Assembly: GCA_046497075.1 (NCBI GenBank)
Contig: JAWOGF010000059.1
Location: 3,040 to 67,039 of the forward strand
Direction of reading: 5' to 3'
Length of the DNA stretch: 64,000 nucleotides
Source of the DNA: Candidatus Saliniplasma sp.
GTDB taxonomy: Archaea; Thermoplasmatota; Thermoplasmata; Halarchaeoplasmatales; Halarchaeoplasmataceae
Made by a program: the position numbers and the translations under genes. Under the pieces are notes generated by a model. It was given only the letters and a program-made list of their open reading frames with translations, ran no database searches and had not been told where the DNA came from. Below, piece after piece: positions 38,701 to 48,495 of the stretch. Every line of letters starts with the position of its first letter. The stretch's first letter is position 1.

Positions 38701-39465
38701 TCACATCTTTTCTAAAAGTTTTATGTGTTCTTTTCTTTGATGGAAAGCACCATAACCCGCTAGGATCATACCAACATACCAAAACAGTCTGATAGGGGAC
38801 CCCGGGTACATCAAACTATAAGCAGATGCTAAGGGGTGAAAGATGTCTCCCATACTTATGAAAAGTAAGCCCAGAGCAACGAAGTACCATCCCCGTGTTT
38901 TGATAGTCTGGATCAAGATGATTGCTAGTAAAAGGGCGAATATCTCTGTAAATGCGAAAATTGGGTAAGGATTAGATAGATAGTTAAAGCCCTCTTCCAA
39001 GGCAGGTATTAAAGAAGAGACGAGGGTGAGCAAGGCCCATCCGGTGAAAAGAATTGCTGTAGTTGTCTTCTGGCTAAGATCGAAATCTGGTCCCGTGTAC
39101 CATACCTTAAAGATCAGACCGAACGTCAAAACAGGTATGGAAATGAACCGTAATACAAAATATGTTTTAGCGTATCCAAAACTGTTAGCTAGATTAGATA
39201 TCAATACTATTAGCATGGCAAAGAAGAGGAAGGCCCACGCTTTACCTTCTATACTTTTCCATCCATAGAGTTTATAGGTAAATAAGAAGGACAACAATGC
39301 GACTAGAACCGATATAGATCCAACCATCGAATCTAAAAAAAGGCCATAGTCAAAAAAAGGTACCAAACCGAACAATAACATAAATAAAGCTATCAATGCA
39401 AAATACATTTTTTCTATTGATCTCGGAGTCTGAAGTTTTTCAATCTCCCCGATCATTTTATCCAT
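38701..39465 (-). CDS. Polytopic membrane protein (hypothetical)
   Basis: There are 7-8 hydrophobic helices. No catalytic motif was recognised. Confidence 0.4.
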   Translation of the reverse strand: MDKMIGEIEKLQTPRSIEKMYFALIALFMLLFGLVPFFDYGLFLDSMVGSISVLVALLSFLFTYKLYGWKSIEGKAWAFLFFAMLIVLISNLANSFGYAKTYFVLRFISIPVLTFGLIFKVWYTGPDFDLSQKTTTAILFTGWALLTLVSSLIPALEEGFNYLSNPYPIFAFTEIFALLLAIILIQTIKTRGWYFVALGLLFISMGDIFHPLASAYSLMYPGSPIRLFWYVGMILAGYGAFHQRKEHIKLLEKM

Positions 39466-39715
39466 TTTTTCCCTCCAAATTATCTAACTTTTTAAAGGTC
39501 TTTTCCCTCCACTTTCGCGCCTTTTTTTTACTAACGAAATCATGCAAGGCAGGTTCGATATGGTTCCTTATCGCCTTTTTCATTTCCTTTTTTGATACGG
39601 AATCGGGGATCGCACCTTCATTTTTAATTGCCTTCTTTGTCATTCCTAAGGATAGGATATTACCAACAAAGTTTAGTTCTTCAACGACTGTTTCGAAAAT
39701 CTTGTTTCCCATCAC
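39458..39715 (-). CDS. Hypothetical basic protein (85 aa)
   Basis: The ORF overlaps the downstream gene by 8 nt. No motif was recognised. Confidence 0.3.
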   Translation of the reverse strand: MMGNKIFETVVEELNFVGNILSLGMTKKAIKNEGAIPDSVSKKEMKKAIRNHIEPALHDFVSKKKARKWREKTFKKLDNLEGKNG

Positions 39716-39873
39716 TTACACCTGGATTTAGAAATTTCTCTCATTGTATAGATAAGCAATAATCTATAAATAATTTTCTTTTTCCAAAAAATTTGTGAAT
39801 ATATTGGTAAATTTTAATGAAGATAGATGCGAAAATGATATATAATGTTTACAAATAGGATTGTATACCTATT

Positions 39874-40000
39874 CCCGACTTAGCTCAGTTTGGCTAGAGC
39901 GGGTGACTGTAGTTATATTTTACATCTGGGTCGAATTTAGACCCATTCACCCGTAATAGCGGAAATCACCAGGTCCCCGGTTCAAATCCGGGAGTCGGGA
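39874..40000 (+). tRNA. tRNA-Tyr (anticodon GUA) carrying an intron of about 51 nt after position 37
   Basis: The acceptor CCCGACU/AGUCGGG is followed by A73, giving a C1:G72 pair, the archaeal Tyr identity element. The D-arm is GCUC-AGUUUGGCUA-GAGC. The anticodon stem GGUGA (39902-06) pairs with UCACC (39965-69). The loop 5' half is CUGUAG. A 51-nt insert lies at about 39913-39963. The T-arm is CCCGG-UUCAAAU-CCGGG. Confidence 0.7.
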
Positions 40001-40144
40001 CTTTCTTTACTTTTTAAGGATTTGAACTAAAAACATTATTTCTCACTACGAATTTATAAGACCTATTAATAACGATTATCATCCTAATTAAGGAAAAATT
40101 ATTTTATAATACATCATTAATGCCTTATAGGAAGTTGAGGAACG

Positions 40145-40507
40145 ATGGTAAAAGCAGCAATTTATAATTCGATAAAAAAACTCAGTAATCACGAGGACGT
40201 GGAGTTTTCCTTGTTGATGAGCAAGAAGGGGAAGGTTTATGTTAAAACGGGTATGTTCGGGAATATAAACATGAGGGAATTAGTAACATACACAGCTACT
40301 TTATATGGAGCTAGCGTACAAACCAATAAAACTTTAAAAAAGAAATATCCAAAGCACGTTATAATAGCGGATCCAGATGGTCATATGATTCTGATGACTG
40401 TAGATAAAAATCATGTCATTGTAGTTAGGACTACATCAGCTGACAATCTTGATGAGATGATGGATAAGGTAGAAAGTTCTAGATGGACCATATTAACTGA
40501 ACTTTAG
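40145..40507 (+). CDS. Roadblock/LC7-like domain protein (possible small-GTPase regulator)
   Basis: It is 120 aa. The alpha-beta pattern resembles the Roadblock/MglB fold (VEFSLLMSKKGKVYV...HVIIADPDGHMILMTV). The match is weak. Confidence 0.4.
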   Translation: MVKAAIYNSIKKLSNHEDVEFSLLMSKKGKVYVKTGMFGNINMRELVTYTATLYGASVQTNKTLKKKYPKHVIIADPDGHMILMTVDKNHVIVVRTTSADNLDEMMDKVESSRWTILTEL

Positions 40508-41881
40508 GTCTTTTCTTATTTTATATATGGATATAGAGATGAATACTGCGGGTATAACCATTATCCATGTGAATCCGGGTATTAGTTCCCCGTCACCCAA
40601 TACTACCTGTCCCTCAGTTTCCATATCCGTATTTTTAAAATCCTCGGAGATAGATACTCTTGCTCCGGAAGTATAATTAAAGAAATGATAATAATTGTCA
40701 AGATTCCCTTCTGTCCCGTTATCTACCCAGAATGTGACCCTATTGGCACCTCTAGCGAAGAACTGATCATTAACCGTGTCTATATTGATCCATCCTACAG
40801 TTCCTTTATCATCAACCGCTATTTGCCTGACCCATCCGTGACCACCCCATTGATCTCTTATCCGGTCATAGAGAACACCCAATTCTAACCACGATGGCAG
40901 ATCAACAGCCCTTGATAAAGATATGTATAAAAAAGATTGTTCATCACAATCACCCGTACCACTATCCCAGACCCATGCCGAATGCTTGGGAAGTTGATTC
41001 GAGCCCCCGATTTCGTAATCTATGTTACGGTTTATCCAATCATAGATGGCTCTAGATTTGTCGTACAAGTTATCTTCATCTTCAACGATATTTTCTGCTA
41101 AGTGTTCGATGTCAGGATGTTTTGGTTGTATCATCCAGTCGTTCTCTCCATCGTTGTCCCTATCTTCGTCTAATTGCCACTGGTTACCAGTGTAATTATC
41201 TTTTAGATCATCCGGAATATCACCCATCGAACCAATACTATCTGAATTATATCCCCAATCTATAGTTCTTGTTTCAGCTTCATAGACTATCTCTATAGAT
41301 TTAGACTCCCCTGACGATAAACTCTCACTCCAGTAGTTCCAATCCCTTCCATCTTTTTCCACGGTAGATGGATCACCATACCACTCGATATCTCGGATAT
41401 ACTGAATATCATCCTCAGGTATATCTTCAGGGACCACTAACTTCATATTGTAATCAATATCTCTATTCGTGCTTATATCAAAGGTCCTTTGGATAGAGAA
41501 ACGGGCTTTTTCTGGATAAACGGGCCCGCCCCAGGCATCTTGTATCTCGCTGAATAAAGGAGTGAATGATAAAGTGATCAAAAGTCCCGCTATGATCAAT
41601 ACAACTATACCTTTCTTCCAGCTACCTTTTTTTATCCTACTGGTTCTCGAATATGTTGTATCATCGGTTACATCCGTTTGATTCCTATGGTCATCTTGGC
41701 TAATATTCCTTTTATTTGATTTCGGTTCTTGATCCCAACCGAATCTCTCATTATCTCGGTCTGAGGTATAACCATTACCATTATGATCATCGTCAATGTA
41801 GTTATATCCATCCGATTCATCATGATTATTGGTTCTATAGTCATCACTATTTTTTTTAACCATTCTAAGATTAAAAACCAT
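40493..41881 (-). CDS. Membrane-anchored transglutaminase-like cysteine protease domain protein
   Basis: The N-terminus is cytoplasmic and low-complexity. One transmembrane helix follows. The extracellular TGc core has Cys (GDCDEQSFLYISLSRAVDLPS), His (GHGWV) and Asp. Confidence 0.65.
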   Translation of the reverse strand: MVFNLRMVKKNSDDYRTNNHDESDGYNYIDDDHNGNGYTSDRDNERFGWDQEPKSNKRNISQDDHRNQTDVTDDTTYSRTSRIKKGSWKKGIVVLIIAGLLITLSFTPLFSEIQDAWGGPVYPEKARFSIQRTFDISTNRDIDYNMKLVVPEDIPEDDIQYIRDIEWYGDPSTVEKDGRDWNYWSESLSSGESKSIEIVYEAETRTIDWGYNSDSIGSMGDIPDDLKDNYTGNQWQLDEDRDNDGENDWMIQPKHPDIEHLAENIVEDEDNLYDKSRAIYDWINRNIDYEIGGSNQLPKHSAWVWDSGTGDCDEQSFLYISLSRAVDLPSWLELGVLYDRIRDQWGGHGWVRQIAVDDKGTVGWINIDTVNDQFFARGANRVTFWVDNGTEGNLDNYYHFFNYTSGARVSISEDFKNTDMETEGQVVLGDGELIPGFTWIMVIPAVFISISIYKIRKDLKFS

Positions 41882-41913
41882 AAAGTTTGTATTTATAGTT
41901 TATTCAAATTCAA

Positions 41914-42585
41914 CTAGGATTCAACATGCCTTTTGGCCTTTTTCATCTCCTCAGGTATGGTTCTTTTTAAAATCCTCTGTATAATGAACATCATCAACAG
42001 AACATTGTATATTATGCCAATGAGCAAAATAGCAAATATTCCCGTTAAAGAAGCTCCTCCATAAACGAAAGCAAGCATAAAACCTAAAACACTGTGAGCG
42101 AGGAATGCTCTAAATAGAGATCTCCAAAAGTTACCTTTAGAGCTACCATATCCTATAATAGCACCAGTAGAAGAATTGATTGCAGTATAGTTTATGGAAA
42201 GTAATAATATAAAAAGCAAAGTTGTAGCTGACAACTCTGCAAGACCTGCATAAAAAATGTTAACGAAGACGAACGTTGCTCCTAGACCACACCCCATACC
42301 GAATCCGTAAAAAGGTGTATCAAAATTGAGTCTGAAAGGTTTTTGGAGTAACACTAGCATCTTTGTAAGTTCAATCAAGAAGATCACCGCTAAAATCAAT
42401 ATTAAATTAACCAGCATTATTGTAGAGGCTAAAATACCTGTAAATAAACCGATAGCCATACCTAAAATTATCATAAAGAATGCTTTATTATCCTTGAAAT
42501 ATCCTTCAAACTGACCTAAAACGAAATAAAGGATAAATGCAGTAGGAGCTAAACTCACTAAACTTATGACTGGAAATGGGTCCAT
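41914..42585 (-). CDS. Polytopic membrane protein (hypothetical)
   Basis: There are 6-7 hydrophobic helices. Confidence 0.4.
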   Translation of the reverse strand: MDPFPVISLVSLAPTAFILYFVLGQFEGYFKDNKAFFMIILGMAIGLFTGILASTIMLVNLILILAVIFLIELTKMLVLLQKPFRLNFDTPFYGFGMGCGLGATFVFVNIFYAGLAELSATTLLFILLLSINYTAINSSTGAIIGYGSSKGNFWRSLFRAFLAHSVLGFMLAFVYGGASLTGIFAILLIGIIYNVLLMMFIIQRILKRTIPEEMKKAKRHVES

Positions 42586-42608
42586 GATCTATGTCTCTCT
42601 TCTTAAAT

Positions 42609-43160
42609 TCATAAATAATATTCTTCTAAAGTTTCATATATGGGTCCTTTTTTAGTTAAGGTACTTTTCTTTAGTTTTAGCTTGGTAACTTTCTGGGTCT
42701 TGAAATAGTAATCTTCATAATTTTTGATTGTTTTTTTAAGTCTCTCTTTGTTCTTCCCCCCTTTTACTCTAGCGACTGTGATATGAGGGGAAAATCCTTT
42801 CTCTTCTCTGGAAAATCCCAAAGGGACAAGTTCTTCTTCAATCCTGTGCGCGGTATTCTCGAGTTTCGGCTCTTCTTCTGAGCCTATCCAAACTACTTTC
42901 ATATAACCTAAGTGTGGGAAGGCGCCTACGCCTTTTAGATCGATTGTGAATGGTTCTTTGTTATCCAAGACCCGTCTTACAATTTCTGAAATATTTTGGG
43001 TATCATCCTCTTCTGTATCCCCTAGAAATTTCATGGTGATGTGAAGTTTGTTAGAGTCTACCATCTTCAGGGGTGCACCGGTTTTCTTTAGGCCTTCCAT
43101 AAACTTACGTATCTCATCATTTGGTTCGATGTCCAAAGCAATAAACCCACGATATGTCAT
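42609..43160 (-). CDS. thpR: RNA 2',3'-cyclic phosphodiesterase (2H phosphoesterase, LigT/ThpR)
   Basis: Two H-x-T/S-x motifs are present: LHITMKFLGD and PHITVARVK. The length is 183 aa. Confidence 0.75.
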   Translation of the reverse strand: MTYRGFIALDIEPNDEIRKFMEGLKKTGAPLKMVDSNKLHITMKFLGDTEEDDTQNISEIVRRVLDNKEPFTIDLKGVGAFPHLGYMKVVWIGSEEEPKLENTAHRIEEELVPLGFSREEKGFSPHITVARVKGGKNKERLKKTIKNYEDYYFKTQKVTKLKLKKSTLTKKGPIYETLEEYYL

Positions 43161-43372
43161 AGTCTTTCCTAATAGGGTATTATTCTTAATTCTTTCGGGG
43201 GTATTTATTTATTATAATTACGGATATAAATCTAATTCATTTGTTGACCATGATGCTTTTTTCCAAAAAACGCTTATAGTTAATGATCATTTTTAGCCTA
43301 GTCTTTAAAGGGCCCATAGATAGTTTCAGAGCAAAGCTCTAAATATCTATGCACCCACTCACATTCGTTCAC

Positions 43373-43446
43373 GGGCCCATAGATCAGTTCGGAAGATCGA
43401 TACCTTCGCAAGGTATAGGCCGTGGGTTCAAATCCCACTGGGTCCA
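43373..43446 (+). tRNA. tRNA-Ala (anticodon CGC)
   Basis: The acceptor GGGCCCA/UGGGUCC carries the G3:U70 wobble, the Ala identity element, and discriminator A. The D-arm is GAUC-AGUUCGGAA-GAUC. The anticodon stem AUACC/GGUAU carries loop UUCGCAA. The T-arm is GUGGG-UUCAAAU-CCCAC. Confidence 0.8.
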
Positions 43447-43540
43447 CTTCGCTATTGCTCGTGTACCCAGCGGCATTTGAAAACTGTGAGGAATAAATTC
43501 CTCACGCTCGGTAATTTTCTTCGAAAATTCCCTCGTCCCA

Positions 43541-43880
43541 CTGGGTCTATAAAAAATGTTAACTTTTTATAGGCAGTTAGAAAATTTTTAATTTTCTGAC
43601 GGGTCCACTATAAAATCTCTGATTTTTAGTGGTAAGTTAGAATACGTCAGTATTCTGACGAGTCTATAAAAAATGTTAACTTTTTACAGGCAGTTAGAAT
43701 ACGTCAATATTCTGACGAGTCTATAAAAAATGTTAACTTTTTATAGGTAGTTAGAATACGTCAATATTCTGACGTGTCTATAAAAAATGTTAACTTTTTA
43801 TAGGTAGTTAGAATGCGTCAGTATTCTGACGAGTCTATAAAAAAGCCTTATTTTTATAGGCAGTTAGAATCTTCGATTTG
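43541..43880. repeat. Six tandem copies of a ~59-bp direct repeat, each containing two palindromes
   Basis: The unit is about ctataaaaaatgttaactttttataggcagttagaatacgtcaatattctgacgagt. It contains a 26-bp dyad (ctataaaaaa-tgttaac-tttttatag) and a 7-bp hairpin (agaatac-gtca-gtattct). The first two and last copies are diverged. The segments between the dyads are near-identical, so this is not a CRISPR array. Confidence 0.8.
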
Positions 43881-43944
43881 AGTTGCTCTATTTAAATGAT
43901 TCATCGGAAAATGATAAATAAGTTCTATTACGTAAATATGAACG

Positions 43945-44238
43945 GTGAGAAATATGCCGAAATATGTGATATTGTCAAAACTAACAGACGAAGGGAGAAA
44001 AACAATAAAAAGCAATCCTGAGCGAATTAAAGAAGTTAATAAAGAGATGGAAGACATGGGAGTTAAGGTAGAAAAGCAGTACGCTCTACTTGGGGACTAT
44101 GATTTTGTAACCATCTTTGACGCTCCTGACAAAAAAGCGATGACCAAAGTCGCGGTAGAGATGGGATCAAGAGGAACTATCGACACGGTGACAATGGCGG
44201 CTATGTCAATAGACGAGTTTATAGATGCTATGAGTTAA
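43945..44238 (+). CDS. GYD-domain protein
   Basis: It is 97 aa. MPKYVILSKLTDEG...LGDYDFVTIFDAPD matches the GYD family signature. Confidence 0.7.
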   Translation: MRNMPKYVILSKLTDEGRKTIKSNPERIKEVNKEMEDMGVKVEKQYALLGDYDFVTIFDAPDKKAMTKVAVEMGSRGTIDTVTMAAMSIDEFIDAMS

Positions 44239-44364
44239 ATCCCTTTTTTTAATTTTTTTTATTCCGTTTTACAATTTGAATATAATATGATATGTGACAA
44301 TTCCGTAAATTATAAATACCTATCCTACTACCGATGCATATACTATAACAATTGAGGGCATTAG

Positions 44365-45369
44365 ATGTCTATTGAAAAGGGTTGTCGTGTAGCGGTTGAG
44401 ACATGTATGGGCGTTAGAGGAAATGAAAAAGTTGTGATAGTTTCAGATGAGAGAACGAAAAATATCGGTACGGAAATTAGGGATATAGCCCTAGAGGTTA
44501 CACCGCACGTGAAATATTTCAATATCAACAAATATGGTAAAAGACCTTTAGATAGACTTCCAAGGGGAATACACACATGTGCACATGATGCCGATGTCAC
44601 CTTTTGGACACCTCACTCAAAGGACGGTGAATTAGAGACTCTCAGGATGCCATTTTTAAAAGCGGCACTGAACATGGGACGTCATGCTCATATGGTCAAT
44701 ATAAATGAAGAAATAATAAAAGACAGCATGGCTGTGGACTATGAGGAGATATCAGAATTTACCGACAAGCTTTATGATAAAATCAAAAAAGCTGATAAGA
44801 TACGAGTCAAAAATGACTTAGGTACTGACATAACTGCTACGTTTGATAAATATAGATGGGTCAGATCGACCGGTATATGTCATACAAAGGGCCAATGGGC
44901 AAATCTCCCTTCTGGAGAAATGTTTAAACCGCCGACTAATATGGAGGGGGAGATCGTCATCGATGGTTCCGTAGGTGATCATTTGGGGGAGAAGTACAGG
45001 CATTCAGACTTAGTAAAAACTCCAGTAACCATTGAAATAAGTACAAAGGAAAGACCACAGGCAACTTCGGTTTCCTGTGAGAATAAAGAACTGGAGAAAG
45101 ATATCAGAGGATATATCAGTCGTCATGAATGTTCAAAATATGTAGGAGAAGTCGGTTTTGGAACAAATATCTTTCTAGACAAGATAGTCGATAATATACT
45201 CCAAGATGAAAAGTATCCTGGAATCCACATTGCTTTTGGAGATCCTATTGCTGACGACACTCTTGCAGATTGGAGCTGCCCAGAACATATCGATATGATA
45301 TTGACAAAATGTAATATCTGGTTTGATGACGATAAGATCATGGAAGAAGGCAGCTATCTAATAGAGTAA
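44365..45369 (+). CDS. M29-family aminopeptidase (AmpS/aminopeptidase T-like)
   Basis: GTDITATF, NLPSGEMFKPP, GEIVIDGSVGD and GEVGFGTN follow the M29 conserved-block order. Confidence 0.6.
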   Translation: MSIEKGCRVAVETCMGVRGNEKVVIVSDERTKNIGTEIRDIALEVTPHVKYFNINKYGKRPLDRLPRGIHTCAHDADVTFWTPHSKDGELETLRMPFLKAALNMGRHAHMVNINEEIIKDSMAVDYEEISEFTDKLYDKIKKADKIRVKNDLGTDITATFDKYRWVRSTGICHTKGQWANLPSGEMFKPPTNMEGEIVIDGSVGDHLGEKYRHSDLVKTPVTIEISTKERPQATSVSCENKELEKDIRGYISRHECSKYVGEVGFGTNIFLDKIVDNILQDEKYPGIHIAFGDPIADDTLADWSCPEHIDMILTKCNIWFDDDKIMEEGSYLIE

Positions 45370-45507
45370 GACCCGATAAGTGCAGGAATTTAAAAACAAT
45401 TATCTTATATTTTAAAAACCCGTCATTACTATGACGAAAACTTTTATATCTCCACTATCATTACCCATTAGATATTAGGAGTCTTAAAAATATAAATAAG
45501 TGATATC

Positions 45508-46134
45508 ATGGCTTCAAAGAAAAAGTCCGATAAGAAATCTAGTGATTGGTTTGACGAGCTGGATGCTGAGTTGGAAGAAAAAACAGAAGAGACCTTCAGG
45601 GATATGGGGGAGAGAGATTCAAGGATGGCTGAATTAAACAGACAGTTCATAAAGGACTTCTGGAGAATATGGATAAGATTCGAAAAATTGAATGTCCATT
45701 TTAGCATGAAACCAGACTACAGCTCTTTTGCTCATTTCAAGGAATTCCCTGAAGAATGGGATTTCAAGGATGATTTTGATTTCTCAGGGATCCGAACGAT
45801 AAAACTGATGGATAAAACTCAGGACGAAGGCAGGACCGGCGATACCATAATGCTCGATTACTTCTCAGAGGACGAGGAACTTTATTTAGGGATGTTTTTC
45901 GAATTCTGTGAAGGTGAAACATATTACAAATATAGTGGATGGAAACGTATATTCGCTCGGTATAAACTCGCTAGATACAAGTTCCCTATGGATGATAAAA
46001 AAGTAGACGAACTCCATGGTAAATTGAAAGATATCATCAAAACATGGTACGAATCTCATCTAAAAAGAGATAGAGATATAGTAATAGATTACATCAAAGA
46101 CAATTTCGATAAAATAGAGGAATATCCCGAGTAA
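45508..46134 (+). CDS. Hypothetical protein (208 aa, W/F/Y-rich, acidic N-terminus)
   Basis: It has its own AT-rich promoter region. No motif was recognised. Confidence 0.4.
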   Translation: MASKKKSDKKSSDWFDELDAELEEKTEETFRDMGERDSRMAELNRQFIKDFWRIWIRFEKLNVHFSMKPDYSSFAHFKEFPEEWDFKDDFDFSGIRTIKLMDKTQDEGRTGDTIMLDYFSEDEELYLGMFFEFCEGETYYKYSGWKRIFARYKLARYKFPMDDKKVDELHGKLKDIIKTWYESHLKRDRDIVIDYIKDNFDKIEEYPE

Positions 46135-46250
46135 AGAAGTCAAACCAAAACCACTTTCACTTTTTTCACTTACCCCCTTAGGAAACGATTAAATAATCCT
46201 CCATGATAGAGTAGGGTGGTCCTAATCGGGACCTGTCAAACGCAAAAAAC

Positions 46251-47570
46251 GTGAGTAAAATGAATGAAGAAAATGAACTCGCGCCCCATATTGAAGATAT
46301 AACCCGGGCGCTGAACGAAAAAGTAAGTAAGGAACAGATCGAAGAGGAACTCCACAACTATATCGATATCTATGGAGTCCCTTTGGGAACCGCAAAAAGA
46401 GCAATCGTAAAAAAACATGAGGGAGATCCTCAGAAGCTATTCAATAGCACTGAGAAGAGGATCGAAGAGATAGAAGGTGAAGAAAGATCACTTAACCTCA
46501 AAGCTAGGATCGTTTCTATAAATGATAAAGAGATAGAAGTAGATAACGAACCTAAGAATATACAGTACGGTATCCTAGGCGACGAAACGGGCACGGTGCC
46601 CTTCACTGCTTGGGAGAAATTACCTATAGATGTAGAAAAAGGTGATACTGTAGGCATACAGAACGCTTATGCAAACATGTGGAACGACAAACCTCAGATA
46701 AACATAGGAACGAAAAGTACAGTCAAGCACTTAGACGATGAAGATGTTCCTCGATTCGAACAGGAAATACAACCCTGTGAATTGAAGGATATAAGAGAAG
46801 GGATGAGGAACTTAAGCGTGACTGGAAGATTGCTGTCTGTAGATAAAAAAACGGTCAACACAAAAAACGGTGAAAAGGAACTTTTCTCTGGAGTGATCTC
46901 TGACGAAACAGGTAAAGCCCAATTCAGTGCATGGCACGATTTTGGATTGGATGTAGGTGATGTAGTCCGGATAGAAGGAGGATATGTTCGCTCTTGGAGA
47001 GGTATCCCACAGCTTAGTTTTGATGATAACGCTGATGTTGAGTTTTTAGAAGATGACGTACTCCCTCAGGCTCAAGACCTTCAGGAAATAAATGTCATCT
47101 CCATCTCAGAATTAGCCAAACGTGGTGGGGCAGTCGATGCGGTTATCGATGCGGTTATGATCGATATAAAGAGCGGCAGCGGCCTGATATTCAGATGCCC
47201 TGAGTGCAGTAGAGTGATCCAGAAAGGTGCATGTAGAGTTCACGGCAAGGTCGATGGTGAAGCGGATCTAAGAATCAAAGGTATATTAGACGATGGAACC
47301 GGAGCATTGACAGTAATAGCGAACAGCGAACTTACGGAAGAAGTACTGGGTTACAACATGGAAGAAGCCATGGACATCGCAAGAGACAACATGAACCAGG
47401 ATGTCATCAAAGATGAGATCGAAGAAAAGCTGATCGCTCAACCGGTTAAGGCTACTGGAAACGTAACTAGTGATGATTATGGTTTGATGCTGATCGCTAA
47501 TGATCTCAGCACGAAAACCGTAGATGTTGAGGAAGAAGCTAGAAAACTACTTGACGAGGTGAGAGTGTGA
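46251..47570 (+). CDS. rpa: Replication protein A (RPA) large subunit-like ssDNA-binding protein with OB folds and a zinc ribbon
   Basis: Several OB-fold-like segments are present (LKARIVSI...GDETGTV, VTGRLLSV...SDETGKA). The zinc ribbon is CPECSRVIQKGACRVHG. Confidence 0.75.
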   Translation: MSKMNEENELAPHIEDITRALNEKVSKEQIEEELHNYIDIYGVPLGTAKRAIVKKHEGDPQKLFNSTEKRIEEIEGEERSLNLKARIVSINDKEIEVDNEPKNIQYGILGDETGTVPFTAWEKLPIDVEKGDTVGIQNAYANMWNDKPQINIGTKSTVKHLDDEDVPRFEQEIQPCELKDIREGMRNLSVTGRLLSVDKKTVNTKNGEKELFSGVISDETGKAQFSAWHDFGLDVGDVVRIEGGYVRSWRGIPQLSFDDNADVEFLEDDVLPQAQDLQEINVISISELAKRGGAVDAVIDAVMIDIKSGSGLIFRCPECSRVIQKGACRVHGKVDGEADLRIKGILDDGTGALTVIANSELTEEVLGYNMEEAMDIARDNMNQDVIKDEIEEKLIAQPVKATGNVTSDDYGLMLIANDLSTKTVDVEEEARKLLDEVRV

Positions 47571-47615
47571 GAAACCTCACACCTCTTCCTTTACATATTT
47601 TATGGAGGTTATAAG

Positions 47616-48494
47616 ATGAGCATGATAAATAGAGAAGTAGCTTGGAGGATTTTCGCGGAAGAGTTCAACCGATCTACACTTGAAACTGGTGGGGCAGAGG
47701 AGAGGTCTCCTAGTTATGTGGTAACACCGTTGGGTGCTAAAGTAAACAGAGTGTATGTAGTCGGGGTACTAACTGAAACTGAAAATATAGGCACACCTGC
47801 CGAACCTATGTGGCGAGCTAGAGTCTCTGATCCGACTGGGACCTACTTCGTTTCTGCAGGACAGTACCAACCGGGCGTAGCGACAGCCCTAGCCAATATG
47901 GAACCACCCACATTCGTTGCAGTTGTCGGTAAAGCTAATACATATAGACCTGATGAAGAAACTATCTTAGTAAATCTAAGAGGGGAACTTGTCAAAGAGG
48001 TCTCTGAGGAACAGAGAGATTATTGGATATTGGAATCCGTCAAAAGCCTTAAAAAGAGGTTAGAAGCAGTTTCCGAGGCATCTAATATGGAAGAAGTCTC
48101 TGTAGAAGAGCTGGCGGACCTGGGCTACGACGCTAACTTAGCAGATGGAATCAAGATGGCTATAGAACATTACGGTCGTCCCTCTTTTGAAAAATACTGG
48201 AGGATGATCGAAGATTCACTTCGATATATACTACCAGAATATGAAAGAAAAACTGAAGAACCTCAAGAAGACGTAGAAGAAGACGAAGAGATAGAGGAAG
48301 AGATCCTAAAAGTCATCGAGGAACTCGAAGATATGGCAGAACACGATAATGGTGTTGAATACGAGAAAGTGATGAACAAGGTCATGGATAGTGAAGATAT
48401 AGGACAGGACAAATTCGAAGAAGCTGTAAACAGCCTCAGAGGCAGTGGTAAAGTTTACGAACCGGTGCTTGGAAATCTAAAAAGGATAGTATAA
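47616..48494 (+). CDS. RPA-associated protein (COG3390-like)
   Basis: It lies directly downstream of rpa. The N-terminus REVAWRIFAEEFNRS...VVTPLGAKVNRVYVVGVL resembles the archaeal RPA-associated family. The C-terminus is acidic. Confidence 0.5.
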   Translation: MSMINREVAWRIFAEEFNRSTLETGGAEERSPSYVVTPLGAKVNRVYVVGVLTETENIGTPAEPMWRARVSDPTGTYFVSAGQYQPGVATALANMEPPTFVAVVGKANTYRPDEETILVNLRGELVKEVSEEQRDYWILESVKSLKKRLEAVSEASNMEEVSVEELADLGYDANLADGIKMAIEHYGRPSFEKYWRMIEDSLRYILPEYERKTEEPQEDVEEDEEIEEEILKVIEELEDMAEHDNGVEYEKVMNKVMDSEDIGQDKFEEAVNSLRGSGKVYEPVLGNLKRIV

Positions 48495-48495
48495 C

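Noticed and set aside
43541-43880. Possible CRISPR array, with 26-bp palindromic repeats separated by ~33-bp spacers
   Set aside because: The segments between the palindromes are nearly identical to one another. They differ only by point substitutions. This is therefore a tandem duplication of a ~59-bp unit, not a repeat-spacer array. No cas genes or leader are present.
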